Source of the DNA: Thalia democratica
Taxonomy: Eukaryota
Direction of reading: 5' to 3'
DNA length: 64,000 bases
Assembly: GCA_965202585.1 (NCBI GenBank)
Contig: OZ241826.1
Coordinates: forward strand, 82,274,001 to 82,338,000
This document shows positions 1 through 12,448 of the stretch, in pieces. The stretch's first letter is position 1. Each line of letters opens with the position of its first letter. Below the pieces are notes generated by a model. It was given only the letters and a program-made list of their open reading frames with translations. It had not been told where the DNA came from and did no database searches. Position numbers and translations under genes: made by a program.

Positions 1-793
1 ACTTTTAAACCGTAAATTAGAAATTACTTTTAGTAGTAAGTTGTTAAAGTTTTTGTCAAGCAGGTTAATACAACACTATCGCGACACAAGTATTTTTTTT
101 AGGTTTTAATGCTTTATGAAAATAAAATTATCCTTTATTGACAAAATTGTTTATATATAGTAAAATAAAATTCTAGTTACTTAGTTGTTTTTGTATAACA
201 AGTTTATAATATATATACAATTTTTCACATCTTAAAAAAAAAAATCTTTAACTAGTAGCTACACAATTTCGTAATTTAGGGCATACTTTTTTTTTTTGCA
301 TATTAGTTTGCACCTACTGTAAGGAATTTTAGACGATTTTTTCTCAAAGTGTACTTAGAGTTTTATTATGTGGTTTACATTATATTAGCAAAAAACTACT
401 GTTTACATAAAACTCTGCAAAATCTTAAGACCAATTTTGATAAAACAAGGTGGACCCCTTAAGCCCTCAATATTTAATAAAAAGGTGTTTACTTTAATTC
501 AATAAAACTTTAAGATATGGTTGGGCTCGGTTGACTTTCTTCAATATATTCAATTCTTAAAGTTAAATTAAAGATATTTTGTTACGCTTTTCACTTCTAA
601 TACTGTGAAAACTTAATATTCAAAGCTCTGTATTTTTATTACTAGTTTAGATTTAATTCAAAAACATTTTTTAATTTAAACTAGTTCTGTGAATTAAAAA
701 AAAATGTTATGTGAATGTATAATTAAATATTATTTCAAAGACTGAAAATATAAGTAAAATTATTATTTTATTTCAAAACCTATTTTTTTCTAG

Positions 794-859
794 AGTTCAA
801 AGATGTTTGCAAAGATCACATCACAAAGAAAAATGAAAAAATACTTGAAGCCAGTAGAG
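794..859 (+). CDS. Exon, (E)FKDVCKDHITKKNEKILEASR, phase 1-1
   Basis: ttttttctag acceptor, G|gtaaaa donor, open frame; phase fits exon 1141-1310. Confidence 0.6.
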
Positions 860-1140
860 GTAAAAAGAACAAAAAAAATGCAAACAAAAATATTAAGGTT
901 GTTGAAATAGCGTTTGTGTTTAATTGTGCGAACTAAAATTAAAAAAAGATGTTAATGACAGGTTGTGTTTTATAACTTCCTTCTTATTTGCCTCTTATTA
1001 CATTATTAATAGGTTTCCTTTGATATGAAGTTTAAATTTTTTCTATAGTTTTATCACCAAACCCATTCTTAAAGATAAAATTAGCTGGTACGAAATAAAG
1101 TCTAGCATCTGATACGAATCAATTAGTATTTTTTCCTCAG

Positions 1141-1310
1141 TATAACTTCGAAAATTTCATCCGAAAGATAAGGCTGATATGCATGAAGAGCTAACATTTA
1201 TAAAAACGTCTTTACACATAATCAAATTTTTTACTCATGTTGGAACATATCAATGTCCTGACTTTAAGCATACTTTAAACTATAGATTTAGTTTTAATAA
1301 GGGGCTACGC
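1141..1310 (+). pseudogene. Exon with one nonsense codon, V*LRKFHPKDKADMHEELTFIKTSLHIIKFFTHVGTYQCPDFKHTLNYRFSFNKGLR
   Basis: tattttttcctcag acceptor; phase 1 to 0 bridges 794-859 and 3288-3683; 55 open codons after TAA at 1143-1145. Confidence 0.6.
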
Positions 1311-2299
1311 GTATAAACTTTTGAGAGCTACATAAACCGAATTTTATATAGATATATGGTTATTCTTAAGCGTTTATTACAAATGCTTGTAAAAACTAAA
1401 AAAACTATTGCTCGTTATTATATTTAACAAATTCTAATAAAAAAAGTTTCACCCAGTTAGGATCTTCACTTAATTTTTAATGAAAATCAAAAGTTTAATT
1501 GTTCAATATAGAAGTAAAAGTATTATACACATCAAATTTCCTTATATTGTATTTTAAATACAAAAGTACTTGAGGTATTTAATGTTGTTCTGCTCCCATT
1601 TTAGCGTCATCACCCTTGATTTTTGTAAAGTATTTGGTTAGTTTTCAACAAATTTGAAATACCTTAACAACTAATAAAGTTTTTACATATTTTCAGTTAA
1701 GTATACATCTTTTTTAGTTAACTTGCCTTACTGAAGCTAGTACTAAAATTACTTTTTTTTTCTTACATTTTAACAGAAAATATTTGTTTAGTTTCTGTGT
1801 ACATATACTTATACATTTTTTGCTGTTTTAAACTTATGTTGTATTTTTACTTTTGTAGTATTTTTTTGTTTTTACATATATTTCTATTTTTTTTGCGCCT
1901 TTTTATTATGCATTATAATAACTAAAAATAAATTGTTTAATATAAAGTAGTTCAACAGTTATAATATTTGAGATTCTCAAATCGTCCTGGTATGTCAACT
2001 GTTCTTTGTGATTTTATTAATCTTTATCATCTTGCTGACAAAGTTTTATAAGTACGTCAAGCAATAATAATAAGTTTAAAATGAAAGCTTTGTTGACTTT
2101 TTTGAAGTTAGTTCTTTATTCTATTGACTCATTCACAAAATTTCCTATCATATTATATAAATTCGTTTAAAGCAAATGTTTATTCAAAAAAAATCTTTGG
2201 AAGCGATTAAGTTTTATAACTTTTATTTTAAACAATCAAGTTAAAAGTTCACTATTTTTTGTCATATGTTAATAATTTTCTTTCATTCATTTTGTTGAA

Positions 2300-2930
2300 G
2301 AACGAATTGAGTTTATTTCCTGACTCTGCTCTGCTACTGGCCTAGTCACTGCTAATGTTAATTGATGGCAAAACCAGATTCTTAACAACTTATTCTTTTG
2401 TCTAAATATCTGATTGTCCTAATTTTTGATATGTGTTAATTATTGGAACATGTATTAAAAAATTTTTTTTTTTATAATAAGATATATAAAGAAAAACTCC
2501 TTGTGTTTATTTTTGTTATTAATTTTGTTTTTAAGCATCAACCCACGCAAACCTGCTTGAGAGGTTCCGCTGGGTGTGGAAAATATTTCTGGCCAACAAG
2601 TACTAGAAAATTGTTTCCTGAAAACTTGAAAATTTTGTAAATAACTTTTTGCAAGGAATTGTCGGAGAATTAGATACCTCCTGTGGTAACGATGCTTATA
2701 CAGAAAAAATCGGCTTCAGTTTTGAAACTTTAGCTTATGATTTGATATATTCTGTAATACCAGGCCAAAAGACAATCTTTTGGGCACAATTATGCATTGA
2801 TGTCACTCTTTGGTGTGCTGAAAGTAACTAATTGGGGACATAAGATCATAAACTTAAGGCACCACTACTCTGACCTTGTAAAGTACAACTCTACCACTTA
2901 AGTACATTGCACTATCGTCTGTAAAATACG
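2300..2930 (-). mobile_element. Decayed Ty3/Gypsy LTR-retrotransposon pol (integrase) remnant
   Basis: Minus-strand translation with stops/frameshifts gives GRVVLYKVRVVVP, SAHQRVTSM..AQKIVFWPGI (integrase zinc-binding HxxHQGxxxM..FWPG pattern), FKFSGNNFLVLVG (ADFF..YLVxVD-like) and SSRAESG (NGRAE-like). Confidence 0.75.
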
Positions 2931-3287
2931 CTTAAAAAGGTTTATCGTTTTTAAAATCTACCATCTTCATTCCACCTGAAAATTCTTGAAAGTACTTTGT
3001 CATTTAATGTTTCTTCCAAGAGTTAGGCTCTTTATTACAACCATTCTCAGTTTTAAGTTTTTAGATGAAGAAAAATTCCTGTGTTTAAATAATTCATTTA
3101 CAATAAAAGTCTGAAACGATAATAAGTATAGATATAAACACACATATCTAATATAAACATTGATAAATTGTATAATAAGCTACAGTTCAATTAATCTTCA
3201 ATGTACGTATATCTTGATTCTAATATAGATTTACATATAGTACAATTTTTATACTTTTTAAAATTTTACCTTTTTATAATTTTTTAG

Positions 3288-3683
3288 ATTAAAAACAACA
3301 AAACTGGCAACCAACCAACCTATGATAAAAAGAAGAATAGAAAAAATGTACAAAGCAACATTGAAACGATCAGTTCAAACAATCAAGATATACAATCTAT
3401 GCCAAAAGAAATTGAAAAAGATGTCAATTTTTCAAATTTATCTTATATAGGAAAAGTAGAACTTAAAAAAGCTTTTTTTGATGACATAGAAAACAATCTA
3501 ATGGAATTTCACGGATATAGATCCCGTCAAGACATTATGAAGAAAATGCTTATGATGAAAATTTTTGATGTCGGTTATGAACTTTCTAAAAGCGATTTTT
3601 ATGACCCCACAGGCAAGGAAGTCTATCATCGGCAAATGAAGACATTTGTAACTTATGAGGAGAGCATAGAACTTTGCTACATT
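3288..3683 (+). CDS. Exon, 132 codons, phase 0-0 (IKNNKTGNQPTY...TYEESIELCYI)
   Basis: aattttttag acceptor, ATT|gttagt donor, fully open; contains ORF 3399-3698. Confidence 0.8.
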
Positions 3684-3750
3684 GTTAGTTGTCCATAAAC
3701 TTACTAAATATACATAATCATCTAAAATTTTTAGGTGTACGACTAATTAA

Positions 3751-4393
3751 GTGTATAGGGGTGTCCAACATTTTTTTACAAAAATTAACATTAACACTTA
3801 ATTTAAAGCTTAGAGTATATACTACAACATATTTTTATAGAATATAAAAAAAAGTAATTAAATTTCAGCTATAAAAAGTTTTGTAAAAAATTCTGGTACA
3901 ACTGTACGGAGTCAAACATTTTAAAGCCGGTTTTCTTGAAATTTTAAAAATTCACTAAAATATCATCTCTTCCTTCATTTTTAAATGATTCAGGTTTTCA
4001 GGGAAGTGTAGTTTTCAATAGTGCAATTAACTTTTAAGAAGCTGATTTTTGAAAAAAAGTCATAAATTAAATTATGACAAAAATTAAAAAAAAAAATTGT
4101 TTATTTTATTTGAATGATTTTTAATGAATTTAAAAAATCTGTTTTCTACAAATTGTTGAAAGTTTGTTAAAAATTACTTTGAAAGTTTTAAAACAATTGC
4201 TTAAAAACTGAGGGAGGAGATATATTTTTAGTGAAATGGTCTATCTTTGGCCTATTAGTTTGGCTCTAATTGTGATCGCTTATATCTTAAAAGTTACTTT
4301 TAATTTTAACAAGCAGTAAAAAAAAAACAAGTAGTAATTATGTAAAAAATATATCTAAGTTTGAAAAAATAAACTGTATTACACCTTATGCCC
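3751..4393. mobile_element. Kolobok-type MITE (purine-start TIRs, TTAA TSD)
   Basis: ttaa|gtgtataggggtg ... caccttatgccc|ttaa; internal similarity to 16120, 19460 and 21723 elements. Confidence 0.65.
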
Positions 4394-4543
4394 TTAAGTT
4401 CTGATAATTTAAATTCAATTAACTTATTTCCAATAATTCTTATTTGATGTAAATTATCTTTTTTTACAAACCTTTTAAACTATTTAGATCATTAAAAATA
4501 TATCTTCATAATTTTTTTATTCAAGTTTAAAGTTTTTTTTTAG

Positions 4544-5061
4544 CTGGGTTCCACAAAGTCAGGAAAAATCAGGAAAAAACTTGGGTTTTTGAAAAAATGT
4601 CAGGAAAAGCCAGGAAATTGGATATAATTTGCTCATATTAAGAAAGGTTATCATCACTATAAATTGAATTTTGCTAATGCTATTTAAAAAAAAAAAATTG
4701 TAGTTTTTTTAAGGTCTTATTGAATTTTAGAATAAACTTTAATCTTTTTTGATCTTATGTGTGTATTTACTATGTGGTAGAGATACAAGTACTTTGCTTA
4801 TATAGCTGTTATTTGCATAGACATCGACCATACACAGATGGTTCAAATGGTGCAATAGATGTTATACGATTGAATCCAGCAAAAGAACCGTTGTTTTATA
4901 CTGTATAAAATTAAGATTCGAACTTTACTTATTTTCAAATCTTTGTTATGTATTTTTGAATACGTTTTAATTAAGAATTTGACCAAAAAGTAAGGAAAGT
5001 TCACTAAGTAAAGTCAGGAAAAATCATGAATTTTTTTTCGGTTCTATCTGTGGCAACCCTA
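4544..5061. mobile_element. CAGGGTTGCCA-family MITE
   Basis: ctgggttccaca ... tgtggcaacccta termini with repeated gtcaggaaaaatc subterminal motifs. Confidence 0.6.
4783..4902 (+). CDS. Possible exon IQVLCLYSCYLHRHRPYTDGSNGAIDVIRLNPAKEPLFYT
   Basis: 40 open codons, locally GC-richer; phase 0 would fit the upstream exon; splice sites weak. Confidence 0.4.
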
Positions 5062-5641
5062 TTTTAGGTATGGCTAAAATAAGTTTTAAAAACTTACTAC
5101 AATATATAAGTTTTAAGTAAGTATAAATTTTTCTAATTTTTAATCTGTCTTAATATTTTTTTTTCTTTACTATCACATTTTATTAAGTAAACTTACCAAA
5201 TAATTTTTAATTTTTTTAAGAGTTTGTAATTTGAGTTTTCAAAGTTTCAATTGTCATGTAACTATAACTTTTAAAGTAATGAGCAAGTAATATTTAAAAA
5301 AAAATGGTCTTGTACAAGGGTAGTATAAAAAAGCTGAGTGTGTAAACTATATTATACTTAAAATGTAGACGATGCAAGAAAAAAAAAATACAGTAAACAA
5401 TTTAGTTAAATTTAAGATAAGCTTTTTTAAAGTTTAAAATACAATTAAAATCCACTAACATTTCTAGTGGTTATTTTGTACCGAAAAGTTCGAACTAAAA
5501 TAAATATTGCTTTTAAAGTTTGTTAAGTTGTGTGTTGTTCCACCAATAAAAAGATAAATAGTTATCTTACTTTAGGCCAAATTAAAGTCAACAACATAAC
5601 AATTTTTTGTTCATAGAAACAAAAATTATATTAGTTTAGAA

Positions 5642-5956
5642 CAGGGGTCGGCAGCCTTTTAAGTCTTTTGTATAATTTTTTCAGAAAAATTGCTTGTGGG
5701 CAGCACTATATAACAAACAGTTTTTGCGGGCCACAATTTTTATAAAGCATGTTTAAGAATTCTATTTTAAACCAAAAATGTAATAGAATAAGCAACAAAA
5801 GCTTAATAGTTAATGTTACAAAATTAATAGCTTAATTCTAAGTTTTTGCATTAAAAGCTTTTGTTTTAATTGTTTAAAAAAAAGTACGTTGTTACCTAAA
5901 AATTACCTCATGCATTGCAGATTTTTGCTTTGAGAGCCAAAGTTTGTCAACTCCTG
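5642..5956. mobile_element. hAT (Charlie-like) MITE remnant
   Basis: caggggtcggca ... tgtcaactcctg imperfect TIRs with internal gcgggccac motif; TSD not preserved. Confidence 0.55.
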
Positions 5957-6239
5957 CTTTGATAAAGAACTTTTATTTTTACTCAATAGACTTTTTGAGC
6001 ATAAATTAGAGTTGCCATAAAGCCATTTAAACCTAGAATTTAACAATTTAGGCAAAAATAAACCAGAAAGTTAAAAAATTAAAAGTAAATCTTGGAAATA
6101 CATGAAATTAAAAAAAAATTTAATATATGTAAAACAATAAGGTTTAGATTCAATACAAAAACTATATAGTATAGTATACTTTTTTTTTGTGTTATTTAAA
6201 GCTTTATTTAATATAAAAATGATTCAAAATAGTATAACG

Positions 6240-6621
6240 CAAGGCTTCCAAAAAACCTGGAAACCTGAAAAACCTGGAATTTAAAATTTAGGTAAAAAAA
6301 AGCTTAAGTCCAGAATTGGATAAATTGAAAAAAAAAAACTGGAAAAACCTATAATTTTAAACATTTTTTGTGTATAAGATGAAATTTTGACTAGGTACAA
6401 AAAATGTGTCTTAAAAATAATTTTCTTTTGTATAATATTTTTTATTTAATACACTTTTAAAGTAGCTAGGCAATGTCTTTTCAATTTTTTTATACTATTT
6501 AAGACAACTTTTACCTTAAGTAAAATAATAAAATAGTTATAATAAAAATAAACCAAAAAACTTGTTCTTTAAAACCTGGAATAAATTCAGAAAATTTTGA
6601 ATAATTTTTGTGGCAACCGTG
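6240..6621. mobile_element. CAGGGTTGCCA-family MITE
   Basis: caaggcttcca ... tggcaaccgtg termini; aaaacctgga subrepeats. Confidence 0.6.
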
Positions 6622-6972
6622 ATAAAATGTAGAGTAAGAACAAAGTAGCTTTCAAGTTATTTGTAAACAAAGTTTCTGGTTAAAAAATACTGCTTTTTTT
6701 GACTGACATAACTTTTTATATCAAAACTTAAAATCCAATTGAAAATTATACATATGTATAGTTCTAACCAAATATATGCATACTGTACAGGAGAAGATCA
6801 TTTTGGTTTAAATCTTTTTAAATTCCTAGTAAAGCTAAAAGTTCAACTTTGTAAAACTTTAGAAATGATTAAGCACAAATAACTTTTTTTATAGATAGTT
6901 ATTTTTCTATATCATATTATTTTTTTAAGAACAGTAATATCATAGTAAACAACTGAAATAAAATAAAATTAG

Positions 6973-7250
6973 ATTTCAATCCAAAATATTATAAACAGTA
7001 TTTGTACAATGTTTTTGCTGTTTTGAGTAAATATCACAATCAATTTTTTAAGGTCAACCAAGTTTATGAGTATATAAAACTGAGTGTGCGTAAGATACTT
7101 TTATCAGAGGAAAAACTCGGAAAAAGTCGTTCCATTTCAGTTTTAAACAGGGCTATAAAAGAAAGTCTTCAGTGGTGGCAATGGAAATCGCTAGTAGAGT
7201 TTCATCTGCTCAAAGCCGGCGAAGAAAACTGGCCATCTATTCCCGAAGAT
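6973..7250 (+). CDS. Exon, phase 1-0 ((D)FNPKYYKQYLYNVF...NWPSIPED)
   Basis: aaattag acceptor, GAT|gtaagt donor, 92 open codons. Confidence 0.85.
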
Positions 7251-9375
7251 GTAAGTTGTTTCCTTAGATAATTAACAAAGTTTGCTCTTGTTAAATAATT
7301 TTTGAAAGATTTCTTAATAATGCACCATAGTATTGAAAAATATTTTAAAATTTTAAGCAATTTTTTATAATCTCCGCATGTAAAGCCTAGAAAAAATGTG
7401 ATTTTGAAATTGCTCGCTAAAATTTTATTGATTGACAAAATAGTTTTTACATTTATTGCCAATTCTTTTAAACATTTAGTTTTAAAGTTATCCATTTTTT
7501 AACTTTGACAAGTATCATATAATAAATATGTTGAATATTTTTTAAAAAACACACGTACTGAATTTTTGAAATTTTAATTTAAATTTTGTAAAACAATGGT
7601 TAAAATATTTACTTGAAACCTTAATTTTTTGTATAAAGTTGTTTTTTATTATTGTTTTTTGGTACAAGACTTATGAGTTTTATTTACAGCTGATGATCTT
7701 CTTTTTGTGTTGTTCTAATTAGTTTTGTACTAAAAAATAGCTCTATATCTTTTTAAATCTTTTTCATGTATTTTATTACAAATAGAACCTTAGGTATTTT
7801 CGATTAAACAATTTTTTTTATTCGTCTAAAATTTATATACCAATGAGGTCATAAGAGAAATCCTACACTTTTTACCAACAAAAAGACATTGACTAAGAAA
7901 TTTTTTAGCATAAACCAAAAGCCACTTCATTTTTGAGACACAATCAATTCTGTAAAGAGTTTTTGATACAAACGTCTAGCTAGAGCGTAATATTTTTTAT
8001 TGTTAATACTTTCTAAAGCTTCAAACTAACTAAAGTATATCTACAATTTTGTTTTTATACTTTAGATAGAGGTTTCAGGTAACATTTCTTAATTAGTTGA
8101 AAAAAAAGAAAATTTGAAGTTTTTCAGACTTGAAAAATAAAAGTTTTACTTAAAAAAAAAGATAATTATAAAAAAGTTATTTTTTTAAGTTAAAAATTTC
8201 CTGAATATGAACTATTACTAAACGATTAGCTGTAAAACAATTAAAACTATTTAAAAAGTGACGAAAAATATATAGGTTTTTATAAAAATAGTCTTTTTTT
8301 TTCTTTTCTATTTGCGCTTTTCATAAAAACCTATTTTACTTTTTGTGTTTTTCTAATTAGTTTTGTATTAAAAATAACTCTATATCTATTTAAATGTTTT
8401 CCATTTATCCAACATTTATCCCTTATATCTCTAAAGTTATTTTAACTTTGATTAGCTGTAAAAAGTTTTTATTAACTAAGATAAAACTCCTCAAAATAAG
8501 ATCAACTGTAAAAACAAGGTGTATACCTATATAGCCTTAAAAATTTTAAAAACATAAATTTTAATTTACTATGTCTTAAAATTGTACAACTATTTATTTT
8601 CATTAAATTACCTTACAAATTTTGAGTATAATATCAAATGTCAATAAACATGCTCTGCAGCGGGATAATTTTTTTTTTACAAAAACTAGTATTGGGTATA
8701 CATACCTATACAAAACCTTATAGTGTAAATTAAAAATCAGCTTTTGAAAAAAACAAAGTTTGTAATTGATTTTTACACAAAAATTTTTATAGAAAGCATA
8801 TGGTACAAACGTATCAACTACTTAATTTTGTCATCGTTTTTCTCAAAAATTTTGAAATTTCTTAAAAGTATATATTTTTTTTTAGTTAGAGACTTCAGTT
8901 TTCAGAAAACATTCCATAGTTAGTTAAAATAATTTTTAGTGTTAGATCTCAAAAATATAAAACAATGAAAATTAAAGATAAATATAATGAATATGTTGAA
9001 AGGTATATCTTTTTAGAACTAAAAGTTTCCTACATTTAAATTATTTAAATGTTTCCTACATTTAGTTACGGGTTTACTGTTCAAATCTAAAGAAAATTGG
9101 CTCAACAATAAAACAGAAGGAACATTTTTTTTGTTAGTCTTTGTCTTTTTACCTTATTTTAGTTTGCGCCTTCCTTAAGAAACCTGTTGAACTCTCCCAA
9201 TTATACCTCTTATATATTACCAGATACTTTGTGAAAAAAACTTTGCACTTATGAATGTTTGTAAGCTGTGTCTGGCTTTCGACAGTATATTGTTTATAAT
9301 ACAATCGAGTTCAAAATAGTTGTGTACGCTTATAATATTGTAGATAGTCTAAACTATTTGATACTTTATATACAG

Positions 9376-9600
9376 CTAAAATCTGAAGCTTTGAAAAGTA
9401 ACTTACAAAAAATTTTGGAAGAATTGATGTCAGACTTCTATGATTTAGAAAGCGTAGAAAATGAAAGTAAAAAAATTGAACTAGTAGATAAATGCAGAAG
9501 ATTCAGGGTATTAGTTGCTCTTAAACTGAGTAAACCAGATCTAAAAAATGAAGAACTAGAAGAATTAAGAACACACATCAAAAGATTAAAAATGAGTAAG
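9376..9600 (+). CDS. Exon, 75 codons, phase 0-0 (LKSEALKSNLQK...KRLKMSK)
   Basis: tttatatacag acceptor, AAG|gtaaat donor. Confidence 0.8.
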
Positions 9601-9871
9601 GTAAATTCCGTTTTTTATTATAAGTTAATAGCTGAAGGTATTCAAAATCTATTATATTAAAAAACATGTAATATTTAGTTTTTATAGTTTGTACAATTCC
9701 TACCAATAAATATGATAACTCTTGTCAATCGTTAGCATATTTAACGATAAATCAATTAATAACATTAGTTTGCATTAAATGAATATTTTTCAAAATAACA
9801 CCATTAACAATTTTTAATGCAGGTTTATTTTAACAACTATATTTTCAAAATAAGTAATAGAAATAAAACAG

Positions 9872-10024
9872 TTTGAACGGAATCTTGAAAAAGAATTGAA
9901 GATACAACTTGAAATTTACTATAAATCTAAAATCAAAAAGAGCGTGATTAGTGAGGACAGGTTTGTACAAATCGGTATGATAGAACTCGACAAGCAAAGA
10001 AAGTTTCCTAAACATTCTAACCAG
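9872..10024 (+). CDS. Exon, 51 codons, phase 0-0 (FERNLEKELKIQ...FPKHSNQ)
   Basis: aaaacag acceptor, CAG|gttcgt donor, open frame. Confidence 0.75.
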
Positions 10025-10093
10025 GTTCGTTGCATTTAAGTATTCTTTTTACCGTAATTTAAGACTACTATACTTGAATAAAAGTTACACAGA

Positions 10094-10872
10094 CAGGGTT
10101 GCCAAAAAACCTGAAATTTGGCAGTTTAGATGCAAAAAAGAAGAGGTATTTTAAGCTTTTTACGTGTAATGTAACAAAATTTCGATTAGATACGAAAAAA
10201 TTTATCATAAACATAAACATTTTTTTTATATCACAATCTTTTTCATTTCATAAAAGTACATTTAAAGAAGCTTTACATTATTTTTTTCAATGTTGTTATT
10301 TTATTTGAGAATTTTTTTTACTTTAAGTTTAATTTCATACTAAATATAAACAGGGTTGCCACTATACCTGGAAACCTGAAAAAACCTTGAAAAACCTGGA
10401 ATTCGACAATTTAGGCAAAAATAACCTGGAAAAACCTGGAATTTGAGAAATTTGAAAAAACATGGAAAGACCTGGAAATTTGATCATAAAACCTGGAAAA
10501 ACCTGAAATTTTTAATAATTTTAACATTATCATTAGTAAATTTCGATTTGACACAAAAAATTTATCATATAATTAAGATTTTTTTGTCGTCATAATTTTT
10601 TTTTTATTAATAAACACAATTAAAGTAACTTCACAGTATTTTTTCAATGTTTTTATACTACTTAATGCAGTTTCTTATATAGAAATTAACCTAAAACTAA
10701 AAATAAATCCAAAAATGTGTACTTTTAAAAACCTGGAAGAAATTTGGAAAACCTGGAAAAAAAATTGAAAAAACGAGTGGCAACCCTGTAAAAACCATAA
10801 ATTGGTTTTTTATAAACTTGAAAATATTCAGAAAACCTTAAAAAAATTTACATAAAACCTTTGGCAACCCTG
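10094..10872. mobile_element. CAGGGTTGCCA-family MITE with a same-family copy nested at 10351-10788
   Basis: Two left TIRs (10094, 10351) followed by two right TIRs TGGCAACCCTG (ending 10788, 10872). Confidence 0.75.
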
Positions 10873-11216
10873 TTTAGAAAGTTTAGGATTTAAAGCACAG
10901 TAAAGCTTCTGGAAGCTTTAAATATAATTTTAAAATAAAAGTTTCAGTTATAATCGTATACTGTTTTAAAAGAATATAAATTAATAATACCTTTTATAAC
11001 CTTTTTACCTTTTAAAATGTGCGATAAAATTCGAAATTGTATATTTATTTTTTAACTTAAAAAATTTCTACTTGACTAAGTCCTTCTGCAGATGATGAAA
11101 AAAAAATATGCAAGCGAATGGTATTAGTATATAGCTCAATGCTAAAAAAAGTTTGATAAGTTGTTTATGAGCTGGTTTCATCATATAAACAAAATGGGTA
11201 TCTGTCAAATTTGCAA

Positions 11217-11809
11217 GAGCGTACAAAATTGCACGAGGGGACAAAATTGCACGAAGGCACAACATTGCACAAATATACTTTTGCACGAAGACACTTTTTC
11301 ACGAATTATTTTTCTATTAATATTTTTATTTTTTGTTTTTTTTTAATTTTTACTATCACTGTTACCCCTAACCCTTACCCTCAGTCGGCAACTTATATAT
11401 TTTAATTTATTTTTTATTTTTTAATTATTTTTGTTATTATTTTTTTTACTATCACTGTTACCCCTAATCCTTACCCTCGGTTGGTAGCTTTTTTCTTTTT
11501 AATTAATTATTATTATTATTACTATTTTTTATAATAATTTTTATTAGTTATTATTTACTTTTACTACCACTGTTACTCCTAGCCCTCACCATTGGTCACT
11601 AACCTATTTTTTCTTTTTGTTTTTTAATAGTTTATCTTTTAGTTTTTTATTTGTTTTTTTATATATTCTTGGTTTTTTTACTATCGTTCAAAATTGTAAC
11701 TCGTGCAAAATTGACGCTTGGTGCAAGTTTGTCTTCGTGCAATTTTATCCCCTCGTGTAATTTAGTAACCTCGTGCAATTTTGTCTTCGTGCAATTTTGT
11801 CCCGTGCCC
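11217..11809. mobile_element. Foldback/MULE-like non-autonomous element with 18-bp subterminal arrays and a CCCTAACCC-type core
   Basis: (GACAAAATTGCACGAGGG)-like tandem units at left, inverted units at right ending cccgtgccc; three internal actgttacccctaacccttaccc-like copies. Confidence 0.7.
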
Positions 11810-12017
11810 AAACAAAACAACTCACAGCAATTTTTACTGTATATTTTTCTCACTATATGTAACATAACAACCGGTGTATAAAAATCAAGCACATTTAAAA
11901 TTACATTCTAAAGTCGTTTAAAGGTATACGGACTACACCTTTTCATTCGAGTGTTTCTAATACTTTTGTATAGTTTTTTTTTTTTTTTTTCCGAAACTTA
12001 AAACTAGTTTTAAGTAG

Positions 12018-12448
12018 GTTTTTGACTGAAAAATAACAAAAATTGCTTGCATTTAAACATGCACAACGCATGAATCAAAAAGAAACAAAACCAGTTTTGA
12101 AAAATGAGTGTCATTTATACACAACTGCATTCAAAGGTTTGATTCTCTTAAAAACACCAACAGGTCTATTTGTTCTTGACTTCCCACCGTAAAAAGTTTT
12201 TTTTTCAGGACGACTTGGAACCAAATGAATTTAAGACGTGCTTGTTAGCAGGCGTTGTTTCCTACATTTTTTTACACCATGAAAGCTTTAAACTGAGTAC
12301 ACATCTTCACTTATGCAGTCAACATGCCGCACTTAAACGCTTTTGGAAGTTTAAGTTGATTTTTGGTGATAACTTAATTCCCGACGAATTGTTTTTTGAT
12401 TATGAATTCTCCGATACCCAATCCATTAATCTTCGAGCTAAGAAAGCG
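12018..12448 (+). pseudogene. Disrupted exon; the 3' part 12209-12448 (80 codons, DDLEPNEF...LRAKKA) is open and has its own acceptor
   Basis: QKLLAFKHAQ...VLDFPP frame joins KKFFFQDDLEP if T12190 is removed; TAA at 12034; GCG|gttagc donor. Confidence 0.7.

Noticed and set aside
2443-2640. ORF with Walker A-like GSAGCGK
   Set aside because: No S/T after K and no downstream NTPase motifs; it is the antisense of the Gypsy integrase remnant
6791-6830. Small exon GEDHFGLNLFKFL
   Set aside because: Good acceptor, but no donor gives an unambiguous phase link to both neighbours
11220-11800. CRISPR-like regular short repeats
   Set aside because: Units are contiguous with no unique spacers, are inverted at the other end, and lie in eukaryotic intron DNA
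11068-11892. Several ORFs with TKLHEG hexapeptide repeats
   Set aside because: Translation by-product of the 18-bp subterminal arrays of a foldback element
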